Origin: Flavobacterium sp.
GTDB taxonomy: Bacteria; Bacteroidota; Bacteroidia; Flavobacteriales; Flavobacteriaceae
Length of the DNA: 64,000 bases
Assembly: GCA_041917555.1 (NCBI GenBank)
Contig: JAYRXL010000059.1
Location: 132,504 to 196,503 of the forward strand
Reading direction: 5' to 3'
In this document: positions 10,086 to 19,903 of the stretch, in pieces
Layout: every line of letters begins with the position of its first letter
Numbering within the stretch: position 1 is the first letter of the stretch
Notes under the pieces: model-generated
Database searches by the model: none
What the model saw: only the letters and a program-made list of their open reading frames with translations
What the model was told of the DNA's origin: nothing
Program-made: the position numbers and the translations under genes

Positions 10086-13000
10086 ATGAAAACAAAGTTC
10101 AATTTGATTATGACACTGGTAACAGTGTTGTTCATGCAGTTCGTGGCTGCGCAAGAACGTGTTGTAACGGGAGTAGTGTCCGACAATACGGGATTGCCGT
10201 TACCGGGAGCGAATGTGAATGTCAAGGGGAGCACAAGTGGTGTGCAAACCGACATGGATGGTAAGTATTCCATCAAAGCTAAGGAAAATGATGTGTTAGT
10301 GTTCAGTTATTTGGGCATGCAAACACAAGAGGTAAAAGCCTCTTCCACCAAAATCAACATTAAACTCAAAGACGGTTCTATCGAACTGGAAGGAGTTGTA
10401 GTAACGGCTTTGGGTATCAAGCGAGAGAAAAAAGCATTGGGTTATGCTACCCAAGAAGTTAAGGGCTCGGATGTTTCGGATACTCCGGTAACAAACTTTG
10501 CGGACGCACTATCCGGTGAAGTAGCCGGTTTGGACATCCAGTCTTATGGTACAATGGGAGGTTCTGCCAACATTGTTGTACGTGGTTACAAATCGCTATT
10601 TGGCAGCAACCAGGCTTTAATTGTAATTGATGGTACTCCGGTACAAAATGACACCTACAACTCTTCGGATCAAAAAACAGGTAGAGGTGGTTACGATTAT
10701 GGAAATGCTGCTATGGATATCAACCCGGACGACATTGAAAGTCTGAACGTTTTGAAAGGTGCTGCTGCAACCGCTTTATATGGTTCGCGTGCTTCAAATG
10801 GAGCTATCGTAATTACTACCAAAAAAGGGAAAAAAGCTAAAGGCATTGGTGTTACTGTGAACTCATCGTTAACAGTAGGTACTGTGGATAAAGAAACGCT
10901 TCCAAAATACCAAGATAAATATGGTGCGGGATACGGTCCTTATTATGATGACCCTTATTTCCTTAACTATGACTTGACCGGTGACGGAAATATCGACCAA
11001 GTTGTACCATTTACAGAAGATGCTTCGTATGGTGCGGCTTTCGATCCAAACTTATTAGTATACCAATGGACCTCAATTTTCCCACAATTACCGGGTTATT
11101 TAGTACCTACTCCATGGGTTGCTGCTGAACATACACCAAACGATTTATTTGAAAGCGCTATCACTACAACCAACTCAATCTCGTTTGGCAAAAACAGTGA
11201 CAATGGCTCTTTCCGTTTAGGTTTTACCAATAAAATTCAGGAAGGTGTTGTGCCAAACAGTAAAATCAAACGTAATACACTTACCTTCTCCGGCAGTCAA
11301 AAATTCAATGACAAGTTAACCGGATCAGTTGATTTTTCTTACACAAACACAAATGGTAAAGGCCGTAACGGAACCGGGTACGACTCAAACAATCCAATGC
11401 AGGCATTCAGACAGTGGTTCCAAACCAATGTTGATATTTACCAACAACGTGATGCCTTTTTCAATACAGGAGGTCAAAATATTACTTGGAACGTAAACTC
11501 TTCTGATGATTTGTCTCCTATTTACACCGATAACGTTTACTGGGTATTGTACAAAAACTTCCAAACAGATAGTAGAGATCGTTATATGGGTAACTTTACC
11601 TTAAACCAAAAAATAACAAAATGGTTAAATGTAACGGCTCGATTTGCCTACGATACTTACTCTGAAATACGTGAAGAGCGTACCGATGTGGGATCTTCTA
11701 ATGTATCAGACTATACGGTTACCAACCGAAAAGCTTCTGAATTAAATTATGATTTGATGGCAAACATTAATCATAATATCACAGAAGATTTAAATTTAGA
11801 TGCGCTTGCCGGTTTTAATTTACGTGTAAATAAATTAAACTCGTTAGCTGCTTCTACCAATGGTGGACTTGTTACTCCTGGTTTATTCACCCTTTCTAAC
11901 TCGGTTAACTCGTTAACTTCAAACGATTATACCAAAGTAGATTACACCAAAAAGGTTGACGGGGTATTTGGTAAAGTTGGTTTAGGCTATAAAGGGACTT
12001 ATTATATCGATATTACAGGAAGACAAGACCGCTCTTCGGCCTTACCAAGAGACAATAATACGTATTTCTACCCTTCCGTTTCTTCTAGTATTGTATTCTC
12101 AAACCTACTTAAAAAAGATTGGTTGAGCTTTGGTAAAATTCGCGCTAATTATGCCGAAGTGGGTAACGATACAAACCCTTATCAGATATTCAACACTTAT
12201 GCTGTTGGAGCATCTTTTAATGGTTCTCCTACTGCGAGTAACCCAACTTCATTTAATAATCCTGAGCTAAAAGCAGAAACCAGTAAAGACTTTGAAGTGG
12301 GTATGGAAGTACAAATGTTTAAAAACCGTTTTGGTTTTGACGTTTCGTACTACAAAAGAAAAACAGTTGATTTGATTACGCCAATTGATGTATCAACTTC
12401 AACCGGGGCTACCAGCCTTTGGTTAAATGGTGCCGATATGGAAAATAAAGGTATCGAATTGGTAGTTAACGGTACTCCGGTGAAAACTTCCAACTTCTCT
12501 TGGGATATCAAAGTAAACTATGCTTCGAACAGAAGTGAGGTAACGCGTTTGGCAGAAGGTATTCAATTCCTTCAATTAGCTAGCGTACAAGGTGGTGTTA
12601 CATTAGGTGCTGCTTTAGGTGAACCTTTTGGTGTAATTCGTGGACGTGATTTTGTATACCATGAAAATGGACAACCAATCGTTGGTACTAATGGTTACTA
12701 TTTGAGAACTGCATCTAGCAATAATGTGATTGGTAATATCAATCCGGATTGGACCGGTGGTGTTAAAAACACATTCAAATATAAAAACCTTAGTTTGGGT
12801 GTATTAATTGACATCCAAAAAGGAGGTGATGTATTCTCATTAGACACTTATTATGGTTATGCAACAGGTCTTTACGATTTCACAGCAGGTACAAATCACT
12901 TAGGAAACCCTGTTCGTGATGATGTAGCCAACGGTGGTGGTGTTATTTTGCCTGGTGTTCAAGCTAATGGTTCGCCAAATACTGTGGTTGCAGATGCTAC

Positions 13001-13301
13001 CACTTATGCTAACCCTTGGGGTTATGTGAGAACGCCACAGGCTGCTCACGTATATGATGCATCATTTGTTAAATTGAGAGAAGTAAACCTTACCTATAAT
13101 TTACCATCTAAATTTGCAGAAAAACTTTATCTACAAAATCTTTCGTTATCACTTATCGGAAGAAACCTTTGGATAATTGACAAAAATGTACCGTATGCAG
13201 ACCCTGAAGCAGGTCTTGGTGCCGGTAACATTCAGGGATATCAGTCAGGTTCTTATCCTGCAGTTAAAGAATTAGGAGCTAGCCTGAAATTTGAATTCTA
13301 A
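10086..13301 (+). CDS. susC: SusC/RagA family TonB-dependent transporter (ORF track starts 10050)
   Basis: N-terminal CarboxypepD-like domain; plug motif VLKGAAATALYGSRASNGAIVITTK; C-terminal FEF. Confidence 0.95.
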   Translation: MKTKFNLIMTLVTVLFMQFVAAQERVVTGVVSDNTGLPLPGANVNVKGSTSGVQTDMDGKYSIKAKENDVLVFSYLGMQTQEVKASSTKINIKLKDGSIELEGVVVTALGIKREKKALGYATQEVKGSDVSDTPVTNFADALSGEVAGLDIQSYGTMGGSANIVVRGYKSLFGSNQALIVIDGTPVQNDTYNSSDQKTGRGGYDYGNAAMDINPDDIESLNVLKGAAATALYGSRASNGAIVITTKKGKKAKGIGVTVNSSLTVGTVDKETLPKYQDKYGAGYGPYYDDPYFLNYDLTGDGNIDQVVPFTEDASYGAAFDPNLLVYQWTSIFPQLPGYLVPTPWVAAEHTPNDLFESAITTTNSISFGKNSDNGSFRLGFTNKIQEGVVPNSKIKRNTLTFSGSQKFNDKLTGSVDFSYTNTNGKGRNGTGYDSNNPMQAFRQWFQTNVDIYQQRDAFFNTGGQNITWNVNSSDDLSPIYTDNVYWVLYKNFQTDSRDRYMGNFTLNQKITKWLNVTARFAYDTYSEIREERTDVGSSNVSDYTVTNRKASELNYDLMANINHNITEDLNLDALAGFNLRVNKLNSLAASTNGGLVTPGLFTLSNSVNSLTSNDYTKVDYTKKVDGVFGKVGLGYKGTYYIDITGRQDRSSALPRDNNTYFYPSVSSSIVFSNLLKKDWLSFGKIRANYAEVGNDTNPYQIFNTYAVGASFNGSPTASNPTSFNNPELKAETSKDFEVGMEVQMFKNRFGFDVSYYKRKTVDLITPIDVSTSTGATSLWLNGADMENKGIELVVNGTPVKTSNFSWDIKVNYASNRSEVTRLAEGIQFLQLASVQGGVTLGAALGEPFGVIRGRDFVYHENGQPIVGTNGYYLRTASSNNVIGNINPDWTGGVKNTFKYKNLSLGVLIDIQKGGDVFSLDTYYGYATGLYDFTAGTNHLGNPVRDDVANGGGVILPGVQANGSPNTVVADATTYANPWGYVRTPQAAHVYDASFVKLREVNLTYNLPSKFAEKLYLQNLSLSLIGRNLWIIDKNVPYADPEAGLGAGNIQGYQSGSYPAVKELGASLKFEF

Positions 13302-13312
13302 AAAAATTAATC

Positions 13313-14725
13313 ATGAAAAAGTATATAGTTATTCTATCCTCTCTATTTGTCGTTAGTTGTGCCAACGACGATAAATATGAAAACCTGAATCAGGACCCTA
13401 ACAATCCTACACAGGTTTCGGCTGATGCTTTGTTTACATCAGCAACCAAAAGTCTTTTTGACCAATTAGAGAGTACTAACGTAAACACAAATGTTTTCCG
13501 TTTGTTTGCTCAATATTGGACAGAAACAACCTACATCGACGAAAGTAATTACGATTTGATTACTCGCGGAATTGCGGGAAGTCATTGGTCTGAAATGTAC
13601 CGCGATGTGTTGTACGATTTAAAAGATGCAAAATCATTAGCAAACTCTGATGTTAAAGCTGCTCAAATTTCGGTACTTGAAGTGTACACATGGCAACAAA
13701 TGGTAGATACTTTTGGAGACATCCCTTATAGTAATGCATTGCAAGGAGCCTCTGAACCAACACCAAGTTACGACAATGATGCCGATATTTATGCCGATTT
13801 ATTAGTGCGAATCAACGCGGCTATTACCACACTTTCAACTTCTTCTGCAAGTGGATTTACCTCATCTGATGTAATTTACCAAGGTGACATTGCAAAGTGG
13901 ACTAAATTTGCCAATACATTAAAGTTGAAGATTGCTATGCGTATGGCCGATGTTAATAATGCAACTGCGCAAACTGCAGCGCAACAAGCTGTAACTGCCG
14001 GTGTTTTCACTTCTAACTCAGATAATGCTATCATCGGTTATGAAGGGGCAACTCCAAATACAAATCCTCTTTGGGTTGATTTAGTTCAAAGCGGACGTAG
14101 TGATTTCGTTGTTGCAAACACTGTTGTAGATTATATGAATACCCTAAATGACCCTCGAAGAGAATATTATTTTGATGATAATCTTGGTGCAGGTGTTTAT
14201 GTTGGTGGCCCTTATGGCGACAATAACACATTCAGTAGTTATACACATATTGGAGAAGTTATGCATGAACCAACTTTCAGAGGTGTATTAATGGATTATG
14301 CTGAAACTGAATTCTTATTAGCCGAAGCTGTTGAAAGAGGTTATGCTGTAGGCGGAAGTGCTGCAGCCCACTACAACAATGGTATTACTGCCTCAATGCA
14401 AGATTGGGGTGTAGCCTCAGGTTCAATTTCAAGCTATTTAGCAAACCCTGCTGTAGACTATGCAACCGCTACAGGTACATGGAGACAAAAAATTGGTTTC
14501 CAATTCTGGCTTGCTATGTACAATAGAGGTTTCGAAGGATGGTGTGTATACAGAAAATACGATGCTCCGGTTTTCAATGTTGCTGCTGAATCAGGACTTC
14601 CTGTTCCAAAACGCTACACTTATCCATTGAGCGAACAAACTCTTAACGTAACTAATTACAATGCTGCTTCTTCAGCTATTGGTGGAGATGATATGACTAC
14701 ACCGGTATTCTGGGACGTTAACTAA
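13313..14725 (+). CDS. susD: SusD/RagB family lipoprotein
   Basis: Lipobox VVSC; DTFGDIPYS; P.RY.YP..EQ.LN..NY tail; directly after susC. Confidence 0.93.
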   Translation: MKKYIVILSSLFVVSCANDDKYENLNQDPNNPTQVSADALFTSATKSLFDQLESTNVNTNVFRLFAQYWTETTYIDESNYDLITRGIAGSHWSEMYRDVLYDLKDAKSLANSDVKAAQISVLEVYTWQQMVDTFGDIPYSNALQGASEPTPSYDNDADIYADLLVRINAAITTLSTSSASGFTSSDVIYQGDIAKWTKFANTLKLKIAMRMADVNNATAQTAAQQAVTAGVFTSNSDNAIIGYEGATPNTNPLWVDLVQSGRSDFVVANTVVDYMNTLNDPRREYYFDDNLGAGVYVGGPYGDNNTFSSYTHIGEVMHEPTFRGVLMDYAETEFLLAEAVERGYAVGGSAAAHYNNGITASMQDWGVASGSISSYLANPAVDYATATGTWRQKIGFQFWLAMYNRGFEGWCVYRKYDAPVFNVAAESGLPVPKRYTYPLSEQTLNVTNYNAASSAIGGDDMTTPVFWDVN

Positions 14726-14748
14726 TTTGTTTTTTTTAATATAAACTT

Positions 14749-14780
14749 CCATCCCGCCCAAAAGCGGGATGGTTTTTTTT
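14749..14780 (+). terminator. Intrinsic terminator after susD
   Basis: ccatcccgc-ccaaaa-gcgggatgg followed by T8. Confidence 0.88.
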
Positions 14781-14791
14781 ATCTTTGTCCC

Positions 14792-15526
14792 ATGGAAAAA
14801 GAAAACAGGATTTTCGGAATACGTGCCATCATTGAAGCAATCAACAGCGGTGCCGTGATTGACAAAGTTTTTATTCAAAATGAATCACAAGGTGAGTTGA
14901 TGAAAGAGCTTATTAAAGCACTAAAACAAAAAGGAATCAACTTTAGTTATGTTCCGGCTGAAAAAATCAACCGCATGACCACCCAAAATCATCAAGGTGC
15001 TGTCGCAACCATCTCCCCCGTTCGATTTTGGAGCTTAGAAGAAATGGTAGAAACTGTATTGGCGAAAAATGAAAATCCGCTTTTTTTAATTTTAGACCAA
15101 CTCAGCGATGCCCGAAATTTTGGCGCAATTATCCGTACCGCTGAATGCACAGGTGTAGACGGAATAATCATTCAAAAAACGGGAGCAGCTCCGGTAAACG
15201 GTGATACCGTAAAAACATCGGCAGGTGCTGTATTTAATATTCCTATTTGTAAAGTTGATCATATCAAAGATGCAGTTTTTTATCTTCAGGGAAGCGAAAT
15301 CAAAACAGTAGCCGCCACTGAAAAAACAGAAACTAATCTGTTTGATATTGCACTAAACGGACCTGTGGCTCTTATCATGGGAAGTGAAGACCGTGGCATT
15401 AACCCATCCGTTTTGAAAATTGTTGACGAAAAAGCAAAACTGCCTATGTTTGGAACCATTGGGTCGCTCAATGTTTCCGTGGCCTGTGGTGCCTTTTTAT
15501 ACGAAGCAGTCAGACAAAGACAATAG
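14792..15526 (+). CDS. rlmB: 23S rRNA (Gm2251) 2'-O-methyltransferase, SpoU family
   Basis: NHQGAVA; DARNFGAIIRTA; MGSEDRG; SLNVSVA. Confidence 0.92.
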   Translation: MEKENRIFGIRAIIEAINSGAVIDKVFIQNESQGELMKELIKALKQKGINFSYVPAEKINRMTTQNHQGAVATISPVRFWSLEEMVETVLAKNENPLFLILDQLSDARNFGAIIRTAECTGVDGIIIQKTGAAPVNGDTVKTSAGAVFNIPICKVDHIKDAVFYLQGSEIKTVAATEKTETNLFDIALNGPVALIMGSEDRGINPSVLKIVDEKAKLPMFGTIGSLNVSVACGAFLYEAVRQRQ

Positions 15527-15573
15527 CAATATTTTTTTGAAGCGAATAGCTTGGGCATTACCGGCAATCTGTG

Positions 15574-15617
15574 TTCCCGCTTTTCGGCGCGCATGGCGCT
15601 TTCTACAATCGGGGCTA
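15574..15617 (-). repeat. Degenerate copy of the interspersed scaffold repeat
   Basis: ttcccgct...ctacaatcggggcta resembles ttcccgct...cttccatcggg|gcta at 42762-42885. Confidence 0.5.
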
Positions 15618-15634
15618 TAAAAGTTACTTTTGGC

Positions 15635-16399
15635 TTACTTGCTTTCGCCTTCCTTATAGGTGTAGATATATCGAACCGGTTGTTCTAAAACTTCTTCATA
15701 GATTACTTCTATTTCCTCTGGTTTTGGTGGGTTCACAAAGTTACCATCGGCATCAAAACGTTTCATAAAAGGATCCTGCATCGGATCAAATTCGGGTTTT
15801 TCCCATTCATAGCGCAATTCTTCAACATAATCAGGCGTTTTAAATCGCCAGGCAAAAATATATCCGGTTATAAATCCGGCTAAATGTCCTTCCCAAGAAA
15901 TTTTGTGATCTACATCCGGAAAAACATACCAAATCATTCCACCATACAACAAAACAACAGCAAACGAAAGCGCCATCAAACGGTAGTATTTTGTCATTAA
16001 TCCCTTAAAAAAAATAAAAGAAACCAAAACATAAATCAAACCACTCGCGCCAATATGTATATTTGGTCTGCCTATCAACCAGGTTAGTGCTCCCGAAATT
16101 AGTATTCCGTACAGTAGTACTTTGAGTGATACTTCCCGATAAAAATAAACCAAGGCCATCGTTAGAATAAACAAAGGAAGTGTGTTGTTGACGATGTGAT
16201 CTAAATTTCCATGCAAAAACGGACTAAAAACTACTCCTTGCAAACCTGAAATGGTTCTGGGGTAAATTCCGTGATTATTCAAATGGAGTTTAAAAACTGT
16301 ATCAAAATAGAACACCGTCCAAACAGACAGCGTTAACAGGAAAGGAACAATCCAAACCGAAGGCGTAAATCGAAAAAAATGGGCATCCCTCATAGTCAT
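15635..16399 (-). CDS. Rhomboid family intramembrane serine protease
   Basis: SPFLHG..HI..N; HIGASG; WEGHLAG. Confidence 0.92.
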   Translation of the reverse strand: MTMRDAHFFRFTPSVWIVPFLLTLSVWTVFYFDTVFKLHLNNHGIYPRTISGLQGVVFSPFLHGNLDHIVNNTLPLFILTMALVYFYREVSLKVLLYGILISGALTWLIGRPNIHIGASGLIYVLVSFIFFKGLMTKYYRLMALSFAVVLLYGGMIWYVFPDVDHKISWEGHLAGFITGYIFAWRFKTPDYVEELRYEWEKPEFDPMQDPFMKRFDADGNFVNPPKPEEIEVIYEEVLEQPVRYIYTYKEGESK

Positions 16400-16559
16400 A
16401 GTCGTATCAAATATACAACCAAAAACAAAAAAGGTGCAAAAATGGCAGAAGACGGTAATTCTTCACAACCGAAAACTCCAATAACTAAGGTTCACAAAAT
16501 GTTCTCTACAAACTTTACACCGTTTATTTGTATCTTTACACTTTCAACAATTACAATCA

Positions 16560-17837
16560 ATGGATGCGCCATTAGCCGAACGTGTACGACCCCAACGGTT
16601 AGAAGAGTATATCAGTCAATTACACTTAGTGGGACCCAACGGTTCCCTTACCCAACAAATTACTCGGGGAAGTATCCCGTCAATGATTTTTTGGGGCTCA
16701 CCCGGCACCGGAAAAACCACGTTAGCTCAGATTATTGCCCGGCAAAGTGAACGCCCGTTTTATGAACTTAGTGCAATAAATTCGGGGGTTAAAGATGTGC
16801 GCGATGTGATTGAAAAAGCCAAACAAAGCGGCGGACTTTTCACAGCCAAAAACCCTATTTTGTTTATTGATGAAATCCATCGCTTTAGCAAATCCCAACA
16901 AGATTCTTTATTAGGCGCTGTAGAAAAAGGTTGGGTTACCCTTATTGGAGCAACCACCGAGAATCCCAGTTTTGAAGTTATTCCCGCGCTACTGTCACGT
17001 TGTCAGGTATATGTGCTTAATCCGTTTTCTAAAGATGATTTAATTGCCCTGCTCCACCGAGCCATGAATACCGATGCAGTGATGCAAAAGCGTACCATTA
17101 AAATTGACGAGTACGAAGCATTAATTCGGCTTTCCGGTGGTGATGGCCGAAAACTATTGAATATTTTTGAACTGGTTGTCAATGCGAGTCCTGAAGGTCC
17201 TGTAACCATTTCTAATGCAAAAGTGTTGGAAATGGCCCAACAAAATACCGTTTTATATGACAAAACGGGTGAACAACATTATGATATTATTTCCGCCTTT
17301 ATCAAATCGATTCGGGGAAGCGACCCTAATGGAGCCGTATATTGGCTGGCACGCATGATTGAAGGTGGTGAAGATGTGAAATTTATAGCTCGACGCATGC
17401 TCATTTTGGCCAGTGAAGATATTGGTAACGCCAATCCCACTGCGCTTATCATGGCCAACAATACTTTTCAAGCCGTGGCAACCATCGGTTACCCTGAAAG
17501 CCGAATTTTACTCAGTCAATGTGCGGTTTATTTAGCCTCTTCAGCAAAAAGTAATGCCAGTTATATGGCAATCAGCGAAGCACAGTCTATCGTAAAACAA
17601 ACCGGAGATTTACCGGTTCCTTTGCATTTGCGAAACGCACCTACCAAACTCATGAAAGAATTAGGCTATGGCGAAGAATACCTGTATTCGCATAATTATG
17701 CTAACAATTTTGCTGAACAAGAATACCTTCCGGATGCTATTCGGGAAACAAAATTTTACGAACCCGGAAATAACGCCCGAGAAAATGAATTGCGTAATTT
17801 TCTAAAAAACCGTTGGAAAGATAAGTACGGCTATTAA
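16560..17837 (+). CDS. rarA: Replication-associated recombination protein A (AAA+)
   Basis: PLAERVRP; GSPGTGKTT; DEIHRFSKSQQD; KSIRGSDP; SEDIGNA. Confidence 0.95.
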   Translation: MDAPLAERVRPQRLEEYISQLHLVGPNGSLTQQITRGSIPSMIFWGSPGTGKTTLAQIIARQSERPFYELSAINSGVKDVRDVIEKAKQSGGLFTAKNPILFIDEIHRFSKSQQDSLLGAVEKGWVTLIGATTENPSFEVIPALLSRCQVYVLNPFSKDDLIALLHRAMNTDAVMQKRTIKIDEYEALIRLSGGDGRKLLNIFELVVNASPEGPVTISNAKVLEMAQQNTVLYDKTGEQHYDIISAFIKSIRGSDPNGAVYWLARMIEGGEDVKFIARRMLILASEDIGNANPTALIMANNTFQAVATIGYPESRILLSQCAVYLASSAKSNASYMAISEAQSIVKQTGDLPVPLHLRNAPTKLMKELGYGEEYLYSHNYANNFAEQEYLPDAIRETKFYEPGNNARENELRNFLKNRWKDKYGY

Positions 17838-17879
17838 TAATAGTCCCTTGCTCAATTTTGAACCCAATTCAAGTAGCGG

Positions 17880-18659
17880 TTAAAGTCCGACAATACTTAG
17901 CACTACAGCTTTTTTTTCACCATTATTGTAGTATTCATATACCCACTTATCGCCCGACAAGTAAACAATACCATGCTGACCTGTTTTATCAACAATATAG
18001 CAATTGGTTAAACCGGTCTTGTAAATAGTCATTACATAATTTGGAATATTGGTATCATTCGTTAACAATTGAAATGCAGTTGCGCCATAAGGCTTTGCAA
18101 ATAAATTAGTTCCTGTAGCTTGAACATTACCCGATTGGACTGGTTCATTGGGTATGGGCTGCGAGGCAGGCTCTGTTTGTATTGTTGTCGTACTGACAAC
18201 AGGAGTAGTTTGCGGTTTGGCAACCGATTTAAATTTGTACGTTCGCAATTCATTAAAATTATCAAAAGCAGCTCTTATGGCTTCATTGTAAGCTGCATGA
18301 TAATCTTTTTCGCGACTCTCTCCAACAGGCGAAGTAGCAATGATGGAGCCTTTACAATCTTTTAGTACAACTGTAACTTTGGTTTTGAACAAATTATTGG
18401 AATGGCTGATATCCAAATACAACTTATCACATCCGTCTGCCTTGTAGGCCTCTGAATCCACTTCATCATCAAACGAGGCCACCAAACCATATTTTTGCAA
18501 ATACAACTTGCATATCGTATTAAGATGGTATTTATCAGCCTCCTTAAAAATGGAAAATTTATGGGGAACAATGGCATAATGATATTGATCCACCGTTTGC
18601 GAATAGCTTGACAAACCAACCAATAAGAAAAAAACGCTCAAAAAATAATATGGTTTCAT
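17880..18659 (-). CDS. Exported hypothetical protein
   Basis: 259 aa, signal peptide ending SYSQ, Pro/Thr-rich linker; no family recognised. Confidence 0.7.
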   Translation of the reverse strand: MKPYYFLSVFFLLVGLSSYSQTVDQYHYAIVPHKFSIFKEADKYHLNTICKLYLQKYGLVASFDDEVDSEAYKADGCDKLYLDISHSNNLFKTKVTVVLKDCKGSIIATSPVGESREKDYHAAYNEAIRAAFDNFNELRTYKFKSVAKPQTTPVVSTTTIQTEPASQPIPNEPVQSGNVQATGTNLFAKPYGATAFQLLTNDTNIPNYVMTIYKTGLTNCYIVDKTGQHGIVYLSGDKWVYEYYNNGEKKAVVLSIVGL

Positions 18660-18724
18660 ATACTTTATACTTGAAGATTAATAAAAACGTTACTAACTCC
18701 TAACCTACTTTTACTCCGGGTAAA

Positions 18725-19414
18725 TTATAACAGACTTTTAATTTCGTTTAAATGGGTTACAACCGAAATCCCTTCCGGAACAGCTTCTCCTCTCGGATTA
18801 AAAAAAACAGCGCTCATTCCAAATGCTATCGCACCTCGAACATCGGCATCGATACAATCGCCAATCATTACCGAACGTTCTTTCTCGGTTTCTGCCTGTT
18901 TCAATGCGTAATCATAGATATAAGGATGCGGTTTTTTCACACCGGCTTTTTCTGAATTGGTCACCGTACTAAAGTACGATTCTATACCCGAATTTTTTAA
19001 TTTCTTATACTGCACTTCAGCAAAACCGTTGGTAATCACATGCAATGTGTATTTGCTTTTTAGGTAGTCCAAAACATCAATTGCACCCTCAAAAAGCATA
19101 TTATTTTCGGGCAAATAGGTGATGTAATCCACGGCAATTCGGTTTATAATTTCATCCGAAATGGTATAGTTTAATGCATCAAAAGAATCTCTAAGTCGTT
19201 TGTATCGCAACTCTTCGTGTGTAATCTTATCCACCTGATATAACTTCCAACACGCCTGATTGATTGGATGGTATATCGCAATAAATGTTGCTGTTTGGAT
19301 AGGAATTTGAAGTTCTCTAAAAACTTTTTCGAAAGCCAAAGCCGAATTACGGTCAAAATCCCAAAGGGTATGATCTAAATCAAAAAAAACATCGGTGATG
19401 GCTTCAAATCTCAT
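18725..19414 (-). CDS. yjjG: YjjG-like HAD pyrimidine nucleotidase
   Basis: FFDLDHTLWDF; ITNGF; GVKKP; MIGD. Confidence 0.85.
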   Translation of the reverse strand: MRFEAITDVFFDLDHTLWDFDRNSALAFEKVFRELQIPIQTATFIAIYHPINQACWKLYQVDKITHEELRYKRLRDSFDALNYTISDEIINRIAVDYITYLPENNMLFEGAIDVLDYLKSKYTLHVITNGFAEVQYKKLKNSGIESYFSTVTNSEKAGVKKPHPYIYDYALKQAETEKERSVMIGDCIDADVRGAIAFGMSAVFFNPRGEAVPEGISVVTHLNEIKSLL

Positions 19415-19903
19415 TTAATTCCCTTTAACAATAACAACATCATCCAAATTGTAAATCCAGTCGTCGGCATCAGTCTCGTTGTACCTAAAAGTGCCTTCTA
19501 CCGTAACATATTGGTCGGTTTTCAATTTGGGCATAGTGCCGCGAAATTTTAAGCCGGCTATTGTTTCCGGGCCCGACTTACCACAGAAGAAACAAGCGGC
19601 AAATACGTTTTTACTAATGGCGTAGTTTTTATTGTCAATCGGCACTATAAATCCTGATAACAACACGCGTTTTTTTCCTTTGGCCTTCAATTTTTCATTG
19701 ACAACAGGAAACTCTACGGGACCATATTTAGGATGGTTTTTCTTAACATATTTGATATCGCCTAACAATTTCCAAGTTAAGGTATCGCCTTTAACCAAAG
19801 GTAATTCAGCTTTCGTCACAGGGATTGAAGAATTCGTTTTACCAAACCCAACCAATACCAGAGTGGCGGCAAAAACTGAAAATAAAAATAGTGCTTTACG
19901 CAT
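19415..19903 (-). CDS. DUF3299-like (ZrgD-like) exported protein
   Basis: GFIVP...ACFFCG..GP motif; VTVEG; located in the ABC operon. Confidence 0.7.
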   Translation of the reverse strand: MRKALFLFSVFAATLVLVGFGKTNSSIPVTKAELPLVKGDTLTWKLLGDIKYVKKNHPKYGPVEFPVVNEKLKAKGKKRVLLSGFIVPIDNKNYAISKNVFAACFFCGKSGPETIAGLKFRGTMPKLKTDQYVTVEGTFRYNETDADDWIYNLDDVVIVKGN

